Assembly (NCBI GenBank): GCA_000165345.1
Contig: CM000433.1
Location: forward strand, 320,001 to 384,000
DNA: 64,000 bases
Reading direction: 5' to 3'
The position numbers and the translations under genes are program-made. Shown piece by piece: positions 40,652 to 51,053 of the stretch. A model generated the notes under the pieces. It had not been told where the DNA came from. It saw only the letters and a program-made list of their open reading frames with translations, and made no database searches. How positions within the stretch are numbered: the first letter of the stretch is position 1; each line of letters opens with the position of its first letter.

Positions 40652-43600
40652 ATGAAGAGTGATGGAGAAATTATTCCGATGGTACTTGATTCTAATTCTA
40701 ATTGTGAGATTCCAGAGTATTCCTCTGAGAATAGTGACATCTTTAATGGCATTGAATTATCGTCAATTCCTTTAGATTCTCTGATTACTAGTAGTGAGTG
40801 GCAAATGAGAATGTATGGTTACAAAAAAGGAATGAAAGAAATAGAATCAGTAAATATTAGTGATGTTGAAAACCTATTTATTAAAAGTATTGTTAATGAT
40901 AAGAATATTTCATCACAAAATTTAGGAATACAATTTTTGACACTATATATTGAGCAATTTGGGTTGAAAATCAATAATTTACCAACTATTTGGAGAGACA
41001 GCATTTCTGAAATGCTAATTAAGAAGACACTGATTAATCCAAAGACATCAAGCTCGTCAATGAATTTAACATTTTCATTCTTTGAACAGTCATTATTAAT
41101 TGAAAATGGTAATTTAAATAAGACAGATTATTTGTGGGATGAGATGATAGATTTCATTAATAATAATAAGAAATCAAAAGGAATTGTAATAAAGCAAATT
41201 TTTGGGATTGTAAAATTATTTTCTAGCTTTATTGATAACTATGGAATTGAGTTTTCTCCTATTGCAAAATGGTTGAAGGTTATAGTTCCTTTGGTTGCTG
41301 ATTGCAGCGACAAAAGTACGAAGGAGTGCATTTATGAAATCCTTTCTATGATTAATCAGGATTCATCTTTAATGGAATCAATATCTTCTTTGTTAACACC
41401 TTTACAATTAAAGGAGGTGCAAAAGCGATCAATTGAAACGGAAGAAAAAAAAAAGAAACCAATCAGAAATCATTTTGTTGACAAAATAAAAGTTAGATTT
41501 CATTCAAGTATAATGAATAATTCTGTAGCTGTTAACAATAACGAGAGCTCAATTGATAGCTTTGATTTGATTGAACCTGTAGATGTAATGAAAATGCTTC
41601 CCTCTAACTGGCTTGATGTTATTTCTGATAAAGAACTTAAGTGGAATGAAAGAAAAATGATAATTGACAATTTCTGTAAGTTATGTGAGACTCACAAGAA
41701 GTTATTTATCAATCAAAATGATGTTAAGTCCAATATTACTCACTCCAACAAAAAGAATTTTTTTCCAACTATTAGTGATTATCAGAATTTGTTCAATATT
41801 TTACAAAGAATAATCAAATGTGAGGGAAATACTGCTTTGATTTTATCTGTTATTAGACTTTGCTCAAATCTTATAAAATGCCTCAGAGAAAAAATCGCAT
41901 CAATAGTTCGTCCTTTAACAACACAAATAATGATTAAAATTAAGGATCAGAATAAAATTGTGTGTACAGAGTCAATAAACTTTATAAATACTGTTTTAAA
42001 ATTTTCATTAAACTTGGACCAAATTTTTGATGATTTGTGCCAGTACGGTTATAAAGAGAAAGTTACCACTGCAAAATGCTCAGCTATCTCTATTTGTAAC
42101 AGTTTAATAGATGAAATCATTGAAAAGAATAATATTATGGAAAGGCATTCAAAAGGTTTAAAACAATTGATTAATGTTATTCCTTCCTGTTTTGATGACG
42201 CTTCAATACATGTTAGATCTTCTGCTTGCGTTTTACTTATAAAGCTTAAAAATCCATGTTTTGGAGAAGAAATTAGTTCAATTCTACAGAAGATAATATT
42301 TGGACTACATATTAGCAAACAAAAACTGATCATTGAAACAGAAAGAAAATTGGGAATTAAATCATCTACAATAATCAATACAAACACTACAAGCGACAAA
42401 AATATTCATTCAAAAGCTCTTTCATTATCTATTAAAGCCACGCATCCTCCTCCAAACTCAGCCAATTCAACACCAAATAATGAGTCAACACAATCAAACA
42501 GAAATTCTTTGTCGAATATTGGACTTTACAAGCAAATTGAAACACAAAATAAAGGCTCAGTTGGTGTTGAAGCGACTGAAAATACTAGTATTAATCGTTT
42601 ATTGCCTATCAAAAATAAGAATGGAGATTCTAATTTAAGTATGAGACTAAATTCTAATACTAAATTTATTGAAAGTTCAACTAATTTAGTTAATGAAAGC
42701 CATATTCACAATTCAGAAGCTTTTCCAACTATTTTAAACTCAATTTCATCAAAAAGTGATCAAAAAATAAATTTTTTTGAAAGGCTGTCGAATAAAGAAC
42801 AAGTAAATTTACAAGTTTTATCTTGCTCTGAAAAGAAAAATTTTTATTATGTTGACCCAACAGATGATAGAAATTACATTTTTAATCTTCCAGAGTCAGA
42901 AATAATTTTTGAAACTTGTGGATCAGATTTAATTTCTTTAAAAGAATATATTAAGCCCTTTATTTCAGATCACCTATTTATTAATATGTTTTCGAGTGAA
43001 CAAATTCAATTAGACTTTTCTATAAATTTTTGGGAAAGATTTTGTAATTTTTTAAGAAAATCAACAAACAAAAAGTTTACTCTTTTTTATTTTTTCTTCA
43101 GATGGATTACATATTACGTTGAAATGGAAATAGCAGCGAATTATGAACGTATAATTATCTCCTTAATAAATATTTTTTCATTGCAAGGAAGAGAATATAA
43201 TGCAAAATTTAGCTATAATATTATTTATAATATAATTCTAATTGTTATTAATATTATTATCAAGGACCTACAGATCTTCGATAAATCAAATATTCTTTCA
43301 AATTATGAAATTTCTAAATATGAGAAGATTATTTTCCTTATAATGGAAAAAGGCTTGACATTAAATACTTATTTTGAAACTGAAGAGAAACAAGGGTCGT
43401 TTAATCAATTGAATAATACATCATTTATATTGAATACAGCCATTAACTCTTCATTAGGAAACCTTGGGAATCCTGAAAAGAAACTAAACCTGATTAATAA
43501 CTATTTAAATATATTTACTGATTGCTCTAACTTCCTAAAAAATTTTGGTACTTCTAACATTCACTCATTGATTGATTTTGCCGAACGCAATAAATCAAAT

Positions 43601-44731
43601 ATAGAAATTTGCGAATCTGTAAATAGCATACTTTCAAGAATTTCTAATATTATTGGAGAAAAACTATGGAACACTATTTTAATATCTTTTCCAGATATCC
43701 CAATTAATAAATACTATAATTCAAACATCTCTGAATCATTAAATGACGACATCAATTCCAATTTAATATTTGTCAATACATTAGAGTACGAGACTATTAA
43801 ACTCTTCAATATTATTGGTTCCACAGGAAACCCTAAGGACACTGGAGTTTTTCTCAATAACGTTGCATCAATTATTTTGAAAAAAATTGGGACTAATTTG
43901 GGAATAATAAATAATAAATTAAACTATACTTTAGAAAAAATAGATGAAATAACAAAAATACTTGATAACAGTTTCATGAATACGCTATTGATAGAAAATA
44001 TCGCATACTTTTCAGAAATATCAATACATTTGTACTTTTCATTAACCAAATTAGGAACAAGTAAATTTAAAGTAATAAATGAAATATTCAGTGATGAGCA
44101 AACAGAAAATCTATTTTTCAGGGCAATTGAATATTTAGATAAGTTTACAAATACATTTCAGTCTATTCTGGTAAAGGAGGAATTTCCAATAAAAGAGTTA
44201 ATGGCCAATACATTATTCATAATGAGCAATTATTTGATTTGGAAAGAATACATAAAAGATGAAAATCAAAAAATCAAGCTAGTCAATTCACTTAACAATA
44301 TAATGGGAGTTAATATAATTTCATCTTTTCAACAAGAATTACCAAGATTAATTAAAATTATCATAGAAGTAATTTTGTTTGGAATGAAGCCAAATAATCA
44401 GACAATTTTTGACCATGATTTATTGAATAGATTGCTACCAAAGGTATTAAGGAGGACGAAAGTTTATTTATCTAAAAATAATAATGATGATTTTCAAATT
44501 AAAGACATTAATCGTTGTTTCGAGCTCGCGATTAATAAAGAAACAAATCCAGATTCTTGTGAATTAATAATTATTATCGACTTTATGCTTGAGTATTTAT
44601 TATTATTACTGGAAAATGGATTAGATATTAATAAATACGAGGAATTTAAATTGCTTCTAACTAAAGTACTAGGCAAAATAGATAGAGATAGTTTCCAAAG
44701 CAAGATTTGGAAAATAAAATCAATGTTGTAA
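40652..44731 (+). CDS. Large helical-repeat protein, 1359 aa, possibly TOG/HEAT-like. The track start 40592 is TTG; the first ATG is 40652.
   Basis: Long ORF. LPSNWLDVISDKELKWNERKMIIDNFCKL resembles the W-K/N-E-R-K opening of TOG domains in XMAP215 and CLASP. The assignment is tentative. Confidence 0.55.
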   Translation: MKSDGEIIPMVLDSNSNCEIPEYSSENSDIFNGIELSSIPLDSLITSSEWQMRMYGYKKGMKEIESVNISDVENLFIKSIVNDKNISSQNLGIQFLTLYIEQFGLKINNLPTIWRDSISEMLIKKTLINPKTSSSSMNLTFSFFEQSLLIENGNLNKTDYLWDEMIDFINNNKKSKGIVIKQIFGIVKLFSSFIDNYGIEFSPIAKWLKVIVPLVADCSDKSTKECIYEILSMINQDSSLMESISSLLTPLQLKEVQKRSIETEEKKKKPIRNHFVDKIKVRFHSSIMNNSVAVNNNESSIDSFDLIEPVDVMKMLPSNWLDVISDKELKWNERKMIIDNFCKLCETHKKLFINQNDVKSNITHSNKKNFFPTISDYQNLFNILQRIIKCEGNTALILSVIRLCSNLIKCLREKIASIVRPLTTQIMIKIKDQNKIVCTESINFINTVLKFSLNLDQIFDDLCQYGYKEKVTTAKCSAISICNSLIDEIIEKNNIMERHSKGLKQLINVIPSCFDDASIHVRSSACVLLIKLKNPCFGEEISSILQKIIFGLHISKQKLIIETERKLGIKSSTIINTNTTSDKNIHSKALSLSIKATHPPPNSANSTPNNESTQSNRNSLSNIGLYKQIETQNKGSVGVEATENTSINRLLPIKNKNGDSNLSMRLNSNTKFIESSTNLVNESHIHNSEAFPTILNSISSKSDQKINFFERLSNKEQVNLQVLSCSEKKNFYYVDPTDDRNYIFNLPESEIIFETCGSDLISLKEYIKPFISDHLFINMFSSEQIQLDFSINFWERFCNFLRKSTNKKFTLFYFFFRWITYYVEMEIAANYERIIISLINIFSLQGREYNAKFSYNIIYNIILIVINIIIKDLQIFDKSNILSNYEISKYEKIIFLIMEKGLTLNTYFETEEKQGSFNQLNNTSFILNTAINSSLGNLGNPEKKLNLINNYLNIFTDCSNFLKNFGTSNIHSLIDFAERNKSNIEICESVNSILSRISNIIGEKLWNTILISFPDIPINKYYNSNISESLNDDINSNLIFVNTLEYETIKLFNIIGSTGNPKDTGVFLNNVASIILKKIGTNLGIINNKLNYTLEKIDEITKILDNSFMNTLLIENIAYFSEISIHLYFSLTKLGTSKFKVINEIFSDEQTENLFFRAIEYLDKFTNTFQSILVKEEFPIKELMANTLFIMSNYLIWKEYIKDENQKIKLVNSLNNIMGVNIISSFQQELPRLIKIIIEVILFGMKPNNQTIFDHDLLNRLLPKVLRRTKVYLSKNNNDDFQIKDINRCFELAINKETNPDSCELIIIIDFMLEYLLLLLENGLDINKYEEFKLLLTKVLGKIDRDSFQSKIWKIKSML

Positions 44732-44759
44732 ATATAAAACAATGTTTATTCTAATATAG

Positions 44760-46406
44760 TTATCTTTTATATTTTGTCTGCTTAAAATTGAAATTCAGGT
44801 ATAGGGTAGAGTTCTCGAAATAGCTTTTAAACCCGCTTCTAGGATTTAAATCCCACTCTTTATCAATGATTGAAAACCCAACATCTTTATAAATTTTATG
44901 ATCGCATGTAATGATCAATAATTTATTCATGACAGAAATTTCATTTTCACAAAATAATATATCCTCGTGAACTTTAAGTAAGACCTCTTCGTTCGTTACT
45001 AGTAACTTATTTTTCTTAAGATATTTATCTTTTGTAGTGATATACCATCTAGGAATAATACCCGAATTTTCTGCTTTGCCTAAGAGAGGATATTTAATTT
45101 TAAACTTGTATCCTTGAATAATTTTTGGAGGAAGAGTTTCATTGGAATAGTAGTTTTTATTATATTGGTTCCAATAGTATCTTGCTTTTATCATCGAGTA
45201 TACGCATGGTAATATTAGCTCTGTTATTTGGTATCCTGATCTGTTACTAAAGTATCTTTCGTTTGATTGGGAAAACTCTATTAAAGGTAGATCAATAAGT
45301 TGATCAACTTTTTCATAATCGTCATATTGGTTATATATTTCTTCTGTATTTGAGATACGATCAGCAGAATTGATAATTTTCTCATTTGCGCAGTTATTAT
45401 CATCTTGAATAATGATATTGTACTTGGAAATAAGTAAGCTCGCCCATTTTTCAAAACATTCATAATAAGTTTTTTCTACAATCTCAACATTTAATTTACA
45501 TATTCTAACTTTTGTGATAACAGCGACTCTTTTCCAATAATCTTCATCTGCTAATTCCTGAGACTGAAACATAATATCTTTTAATTCATTGATTTCTTTG
45601 TTATTCAATATTTCATTGATTTCCCGATCGTCACTTTGATAAAAATTAGCATTTTTATTAAGTTCATCTATTTTTGCTTTTAATAATATCTCTAAACCAT
45701 CTAGTATATCTTGCCACTCAGGAATTAACAAAAGATCTGTATTCGTGTTACTTAGCTGCTTGTGCTTACTAACTATCTGATATAAAAGCGAAATACAATC
45801 GTTAGACTCATTTGGATGAGTTATAAAGACTTCATCAAGTAATTTGAATAATTTTTTATCTTTTAGAGAAATCAAATAGGAGATAGAGGCGGATAGTCCT
45901 GTTTTGATTAATGATGGCATTGACGATAATGTTGAATTTAATTTAAAATATGAATAAATTAAAAGTTTCCAGAAGAAAGTATCAAATAAATTTTCCCTAT
46001 GTTCCCTTATTCTGATAATTGATGAGCTTTGTAATTGTAGTTTTTCAAAATTTTTTTCATTTTCAATCCATTTGCCATAATCAAAGTGATTATTAGAAAC
46101 ATTTCTAGTTTGCAGTTTTTCCTCAAAGTTTTCTCTTCTCTTTTTTATTTCAATAATCTCGGCAGTATTTATTGGACAAACTCCAAATTGGTACCAAGGA
46201 TAAGCATTACATTTTTGTTTGAAAGAACTGCCTTTCTTTTCTTGCTCAAACTTCTTTTCCCAAATAAATGGAAGGGATAAATTATTATCACCAAATGGGT
46301 TGAACTCGTCAGAGTAGCCTATGTCCTTTATTATCGACTCTCTACTTTCTCTACATCTTTTTAGTTGCAATTTTTTTTCAAATTCTATTTCATTTGAAAT
46401 TTCCAT
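44760..46406 (-). CDS. Cactin (spliceosome-associated protein)
   Basis: The C-terminal domain matches Cactin_C: YYWNQYNKNYYSNETLPPKIIQGYKFKIKYP ... EWDLNPRSGFKSYFENSTLYLNFNFKQTKYKR. The mid-domain is also present. Confidence 0.8.
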   Translation of the reverse strand: MEISNEIEFEKKLQLKRCRESRESIIKDIGYSDEFNPFGDNNLSLPFIWEKKFEQEKKGSSFKQKCNAYPWYQFGVCPINTAEIIEIKKRRENFEEKLQTRNVSNNHFDYGKWIENEKNFEKLQLQSSSIIRIREHRENLFDTFFWKLLIYSYFKLNSTLSSMPSLIKTGLSASISYLISLKDKKLFKLLDEVFITHPNESNDCISLLYQIVSKHKQLSNTNTDLLLIPEWQDILDGLEILLKAKIDELNKNANFYQSDDREINEILNNKEINELKDIMFQSQELADEDYWKRVAVITKVRICKLNVEIVEKTYYECFEKWASLLISKYNIIIQDDNNCANEKIINSADRISNTEEIYNQYDDYEKVDQLIDLPLIEFSQSNERYFSNRSGYQITELILPCVYSMIKARYYWNQYNKNYYSNETLPPKIIQGYKFKIKYPLLGKAENSGIIPRWYITTKDKYLKKNKLLVTNEEVLLKVHEDILFCENEISVMNKLLIITCDHKIYKDVGFSIIDKEWDLNPRSGFKSYFENSTLYLNFNFKQTKYKR

Positions 46407-46500
46407 TATTTATTTTGGGCGCAATTTAGCAATATTAGTAATCTTGAAATAATGGACAACGGGTGTAAAAAAAAAAAAAATCACCTTAAAAGCGAATAAA

Positions 46501-47403
46501 ATGATTGAAATTCCAATCATTGGAAGAGTTAATAGTTGCTATAATGAAAAATGGGGTACTCCTAGACAAGGTAAATATGGCCTATCCAGCTTAGCAACAA
46601 TTGAATTGAATACCAATATTGTATGTAGAGACAAATTAAAAGATCTTGAAGAACATTCACATACTATCCTAATATTTATTTTTAATTTGAACAAAATAAA
46701 AAACTCTCAAAAGAAAAATTTTTTATATATTAATAATACAAATGCATATTTTGTTCATCAGAATGCAAAAGTAACTCCTCCGAAAATAGATAGTGGGGAA
46801 AAAAGAGGATGTCTAGCTACCAGATCTCCTCATAGACCAGTTCCAATTGGGTTAACTATTTGTAATATTGTGAATATTGATTTATTTGGTATGAAAATTC
46901 AAGTTGGAGGTGTTGATATTATCGATGGTACACCTATTGTTGAGATTTTTCCATATTCTCTAAATTACTCAATTTCTAGGAATGTGATTCATACACCAAA
47001 TTGGGTAAAACCTGAAAAAAATTCGGGAATAATAAATTTATGCATTTACTTTTCATTTGCATCTTTTTTAGATATATTAGGTATTTCTAAATTAAAAAAA
47101 ATAGAAACAAATATCCAATTTTTTGATGACGGGGATTCGTATAGAAATTTCAATAAATTACGCAATTTCATTGTAGAAATTTTGAAAATTGATCCGAGAT
47201 CAAGATATTCAAAAAAAAAGACCAAGCTCACTCTCTTTGGGATAAAGCTGTTCAATAGTTTTCAATTAATATATCATCATCATAAAATGTGTATCAAAGT
47301 CATACGTTTTTTACACACAAGTAATTTATTAGTTGAAGGTTTAAACCCAAGAACAATAAATTGGTATAACCGACTAAAAAATTTCATTTCTTTAGATATG
47401 TGA
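46501..47403 (+). CDS. TrmO/TsaA (YaeB)-like tRNA methyltransferase with a long internal insertion
   Basis: IGRVNSCYNEKWGTPRQ at the N-terminus, then ATRSPHRPVPIGLTICNIV and VDIIDGTPIVEIFPY, matching the TsaA/YaeB signature. Confidence 0.7.
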   Translation: MIEIPIIGRVNSCYNEKWGTPRQGKYGLSSLATIELNTNIVCRDKLKDLEEHSHTILIFIFNLNKIKNSQKKNFLYINNTNAYFVHQNAKVTPPKIDSGEKRGCLATRSPHRPVPIGLTICNIVNIDLFGMKIQVGGVDIIDGTPIVEIFPYSLNYSISRNVIHTPNWVKPEKNSGIINLCIYFSFASFLDILGISKLKKIETNIQFFDDGDSYRNFNKLRNFIVEILKIDPRSRYSKKKTKLTLFGIKLFNSFQLIYHHHKMCIKVIRFLHTSNLLVEGLNPRTINWYNRLKNFISLDM

Positions 47404-48255
47404 GATTTTGTTTCTTTAACTCGTTTGATATTTAAGTACAGAATTGCCTAAGCTTTTATTTCGTGTCATAGAATTTCTTAGATTTCAAAGATAATAAATT
47501 ACTAATTAAATTTGGTATATTTTTAAGTTGATTATAAATGTCTATTTCCTTATATTTGTTTCTAAAGACAGTAATTTGGTAGTATAGAATGTTTTGTTGG
47601 CATCATTAAGAGTTTGATAATGAATAACTTTTTTCATTAAATTTCGAGTATATCTCAAAGTCTAATGTTTTGTAGTTTGCTTATTACTAAAATTATATAC
47701 TTGATTGCTGATATGGAGTGTCAGATATTTAACAAACACAAGCTTACCCTTAATATAACAATCTATCAAAACTTTCAAAACGCTACATTACATATTACCC
47801 TCGAAGTATTTTTAAATTTTCTGAAATGTATATATATTATATAATTATTTCATTATAAGTATGCTTTGTGAGTTTGGATACTAACTAAAAAATATTAGTG
47901 GTTCAGTTCAGCATTTTAATAATTAACAAGAATTAAATTTTTTAATGTAAAAAAATATAATTTTATGCGAACGTAAAATTATGCAAAGTTAACACAAGAC
48001 GATTCTCTTTTTTTGGAGCTCGCTTAATTAATTGAATTCAAGGAGAATCAAGAAATATTCGATAGGAAATCATATTCTCGAGCTTATCAAGCATTGCTTG
48101 TAAAGTAACTTAAGACATTAGATTATAACTAGTTAAGCGCCTTGCTTATCCATTAAATTTGGCAATTTATAACCGCAAAAAAAAACTTCTAAAATCAGTC
48201 AAATCAGTTCAAAATACTGGTTACCGTAATATATTTAAGCTATAAATTTTTGAGT
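47404..48255. other. Intergenic interval of 852 nt between the TrmO-like gene and CTP synthase, with no ORF and no recognisable RNA gene
   Basis: No ORF of 60 aa or longer on either strand. Very AT-rich. An upstream E2F-like GCGCC site lies at about 48135. Confidence 0.4.
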
Positions 48256-50268
48256 ATGATAGTTAAATCAAAACAAGAATCAGGCCGTATTAAGTCACCA
48301 AAACTAACAACTAGCTCTGTAAATCATTTAGCAGATGATCGAGTGATAAAATATATTGTTGTTACAGGTGGTACTTTGAGCGGACTAGGTAAAGGAATAG
48401 CTATAAGCTCGCTTGGCTTATGCCTTAAAAGCAGAGGATATAATGTAACAGCGATAAAAATAGATCCTTATTTGAATATTGACGCAGGGACTATGTCTCC
48501 CTTTGAGCATGGTGAGGTTTTTGTATTAGATGATGGAGAGGAAGTCGATTTGGATTTGGGAAATTATGAAAGGTTCTTGGGATTAAATTTGACCAATATC
48601 AATTCTATTACAACAGGGAAGGTTTTCTCTGAAGTTATTAGTCGCGAAAGAAGGGGAGAGTACTTAGGAAAGACTGTTCAAGTTGTGCCGCATTTGACTG
48701 ATTATATTCAAGAACGAATAAAGCTTGCTGGCATTTCAGGATATTATGATAGTTCTGATAATTACATTTTACCAGATATTTGTATGATAGAAGTTGGTGG
48801 AACTGTAGGAGATATTGAAAGTTCTGTTTATTTAGAAGCATTACAACAATTTATATTTAATATTGGTTCTGAAAATATTGCATTTATTCATGTATGCTAT
48901 TTGCCCTATGTTGGAAATCAACTAAAAAAGAAGCCAACTCAACATAGCGTATCTAGATTACGAGAAGTCGGATTAAAGCCAGATTTTTTGTTTGGAAGGT
49001 GCGAAGTTCCTATTGATGATATATGCAGAGAACAGTTAAAGGTATTTACTCAAGTGAAAAAAGAGCATATTATTTCGGTACACACAGTCGAACATCCAAG
49101 CGCTGTAGTAAAATTGTTAGAATCTCAAGAACTTGCGGACAAGGTGTGCAGGCGTCTTGGTTTATCTATACGAGAACCAGGAAAGCTATTAGCTGATTGG
49201 TTTAATATTATAGATTTATCAATATTAACTGATAAACTTCACCGTGGGGAAAGCATCCCCTCTGGCATGCCGAATCCATTTATAAATGGAAAGTCACGAA
49301 TTGGAATTGTAGGAAAGTATATTGCATCTGATGACACTTACCTAAGTGTAATTGAAGCTCTTAAGCATGCGGCATTACATGTTAAGATTCAATTAGAAGT
49401 TGTTTGGATTGAAGCCACTCAATTAGAGGCAGAGACGGAAATTATATCGAATAATTCAGCTTTAAAAACCTCGAAATCTACTTGGGATTTATTAAAATCT
49501 GTCAATGGCATTCTTGTTCCTGGAGGATTTGGAAAAAGAGGAATAAACGGAAAGATCGAGGCAATTAATTATTCTCGAGTAAATAATATTCCTTTCTTAG
49601 GTATTTGTCTTGGAATGCAGCTGTCAGTAGTCGAGTTTTGCAAAAATGTTTTAAAATTACCGCTTGCAACATCACAAGAGTTCGAAGATGATTTAGTTTT
49701 AGACTTAAAGCCAATCTCTAGTATGGATGAGTTGAACCTTGCTCACGCCAGCAATGGTACGTTGAGCGTTGGCGAGGAAATACTTAGCCCTAATACAGAT
49801 ATTGAACTTTCATCCAGGTCCGTTCATGTTGTCGTTACCATGAGCGAATTTACTAGTAGTGATAAAGGTGGTACAATGAGGTTAGGAGGTTGGAACACTA
49901 TGATACACGATAAGAACTCACTCGCCTATAGAATCTATAACTCATGTAAATTCCAATCATTTACAACTCTTTGTACAGAGACGGGTGAAGAGATTTACAC
50001 TATTAGGGAAAGGCACCGACACCGTTACGAAATAAATCCTGAATTTGTGCCTCTGATGGAGAAAAATGGCATGAAGTTTGTTGGAAAGGACGTGGATGTT
50101 AGCAAGAATGAAATTCTAGAGTTACCATCCCATCCATTTTTCATTGCTGCTCAATATCACCCTGAGTTCACTTCAAGGCCAATGAGCCCAAATCCATTAT
50201 TTTACGGCCTTATTCTCGCATCAATAGGGAAAATTAAACATAATGAGGCCCTCTACGAATTCATTTAA
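48256..50268 (+). CDS. CTPS: CTP synthase. The track start 48250 is TTG; the first ATG is 48256.
   Basis: VVTGGTLSGLGKGIAISSLG (synthetase P-loop region), GICLGMQ (glutamine amidotransferase catalytic Cys) and HPEF motifs, with full-length collinearity. Confidence 0.95.
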   Translation: MIVKSKQESGRIKSPKLTTSSVNHLADDRVIKYIVVTGGTLSGLGKGIAISSLGLCLKSRGYNVTAIKIDPYLNIDAGTMSPFEHGEVFVLDDGEEVDLDLGNYERFLGLNLTNINSITTGKVFSEVISRERRGEYLGKTVQVVPHLTDYIQERIKLAGISGYYDSSDNYILPDICMIEVGGTVGDIESSVYLEALQQFIFNIGSENIAFIHVCYLPYVGNQLKKKPTQHSVSRLREVGLKPDFLFGRCEVPIDDICREQLKVFTQVKKEHIISVHTVEHPSAVVKLLESQELADKVCRRLGLSIREPGKLLADWFNIIDLSILTDKLHRGESIPSGMPNPFINGKSRIGIVGKYIASDDTYLSVIEALKHAALHVKIQLEVVWIEATQLEAETEIISNNSALKTSKSTWDLLKSVNGILVPGGFGKRGINGKIEAINYSRVNNIPFLGICLGMQLSVVEFCKNVLKLPLATSQEFEDDLVLDLKPISSMDELNLAHASNGTLSVGEEILSPNTDIELSSRSVHVVVTMSEFTSSDKGGTMRLGGWNTMIHDKNSLAYRIYNSCKFQSFTTLCTETGEEIYTIRERHRHRYEINPEFVPLMEKNGMKFVGKDVDVSKNEILELPSHPFFIAAQYHPEFTSRPMSPNPLFYGLILASIGKIKHNEALYEFI

Positions 50269-50400
50269 TTAATTTTGAGTCTTAATATGAGTACATTTCA
50301 TACTCTTGTAGTTCTGCTTGATAGAGAATACATATATTGAGTTATTTTAATCCCTGAATTTATAACCGCGGTATCTTTTTTTTTCGTTTTATGAAATAAG

Positions 50401-50583
50401 ATGTACAATTATAAAATTGCAATACTTGCTTTCTCAATTTTGACTTGTATCTGTCTCTCGACAGCTGATAAATACTTGGAGGTACATCTATACTGTAATG
50501 AGAAAGTTTTGAAAGAAAAATTACCCGTAAAGAACTCCGACGATTTTACACCTTTTTTAAAAAAGGACTTTAAATGTGCTTCA
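50401..50583 (+). CDS. Small type-I membrane protein, exon 1 (signal peptide; donor TCA|GTAAGT at 50584)
   Basis: MYNYKIAILAFSILTCICLSTAD. The ORF ends 7 codons after a GTAAGT. Confidence 0.55.
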
Positions 50584-50628
50584 GTAAGTTTTGTCATCAA
50601 TAACTAAACAATTGCATCATTATTTTAG

Positions 50629-51051
50629 CAAAATGATCATGTAAAAGTAATTATTCCTGAGTCTAACAGCATAGCGACATCCAAGCTAACTTCAAATATT
50701 GCGCTTTACGTTACAATGAATAATGGCATGATAGTAGGTGTAAACATGATTGAAAGCGAACAAATTAGAGATAGTGAATACGTTTTTAAAGAAGTTAAAG
50801 TAATTGATATGAATACAATATCCGATGTTGATCCTGCTACTTCGGCTACTAGCGAAATTGAGACTCAAAAAACTACTAAAACCGAACCATCATTTTTAAG
50901 GAAATATTGGTGGTTAATCGCAATAGGATTTATTACTTATTCTGTATTGACTACAGATCAGAGTTTAACTGAGCACACGGAAATCAATTCGGCCAATGGA
51001 CAAATACACGAAGGGAAAAGCAGTAGAAAAGCAAATAAAAAGAGTTTGTAA
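50629..51051 (+). CDS. Same gene, exon 2 (intron 50584..50628 is 45 nt; acceptor TATTTTAG). It contains the TM helix WWLIAIGFITYSVLT and a short tail. The spliced product is about 201 aa; possibly EMC7/EMC10-like.
   Basis: The frame from the acceptor is continuous with the track ORF 50716..51051. The EMC assignment is speculative. Confidence 0.5.
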   Translation, partial: QNDHVKVIIPESNSIATSKLTSNIALYVTMNNGMIVGVNMIESEQIRDSEYVFKEVKVIDMNTISDVDPATSATSEIETQKTTKTEPSFLRKYWWLIAIGFITYSVLTTDQSLTEHTEINSANGQIHEGKSSRKANKKSL

Positions 51052-51053
51052 AA

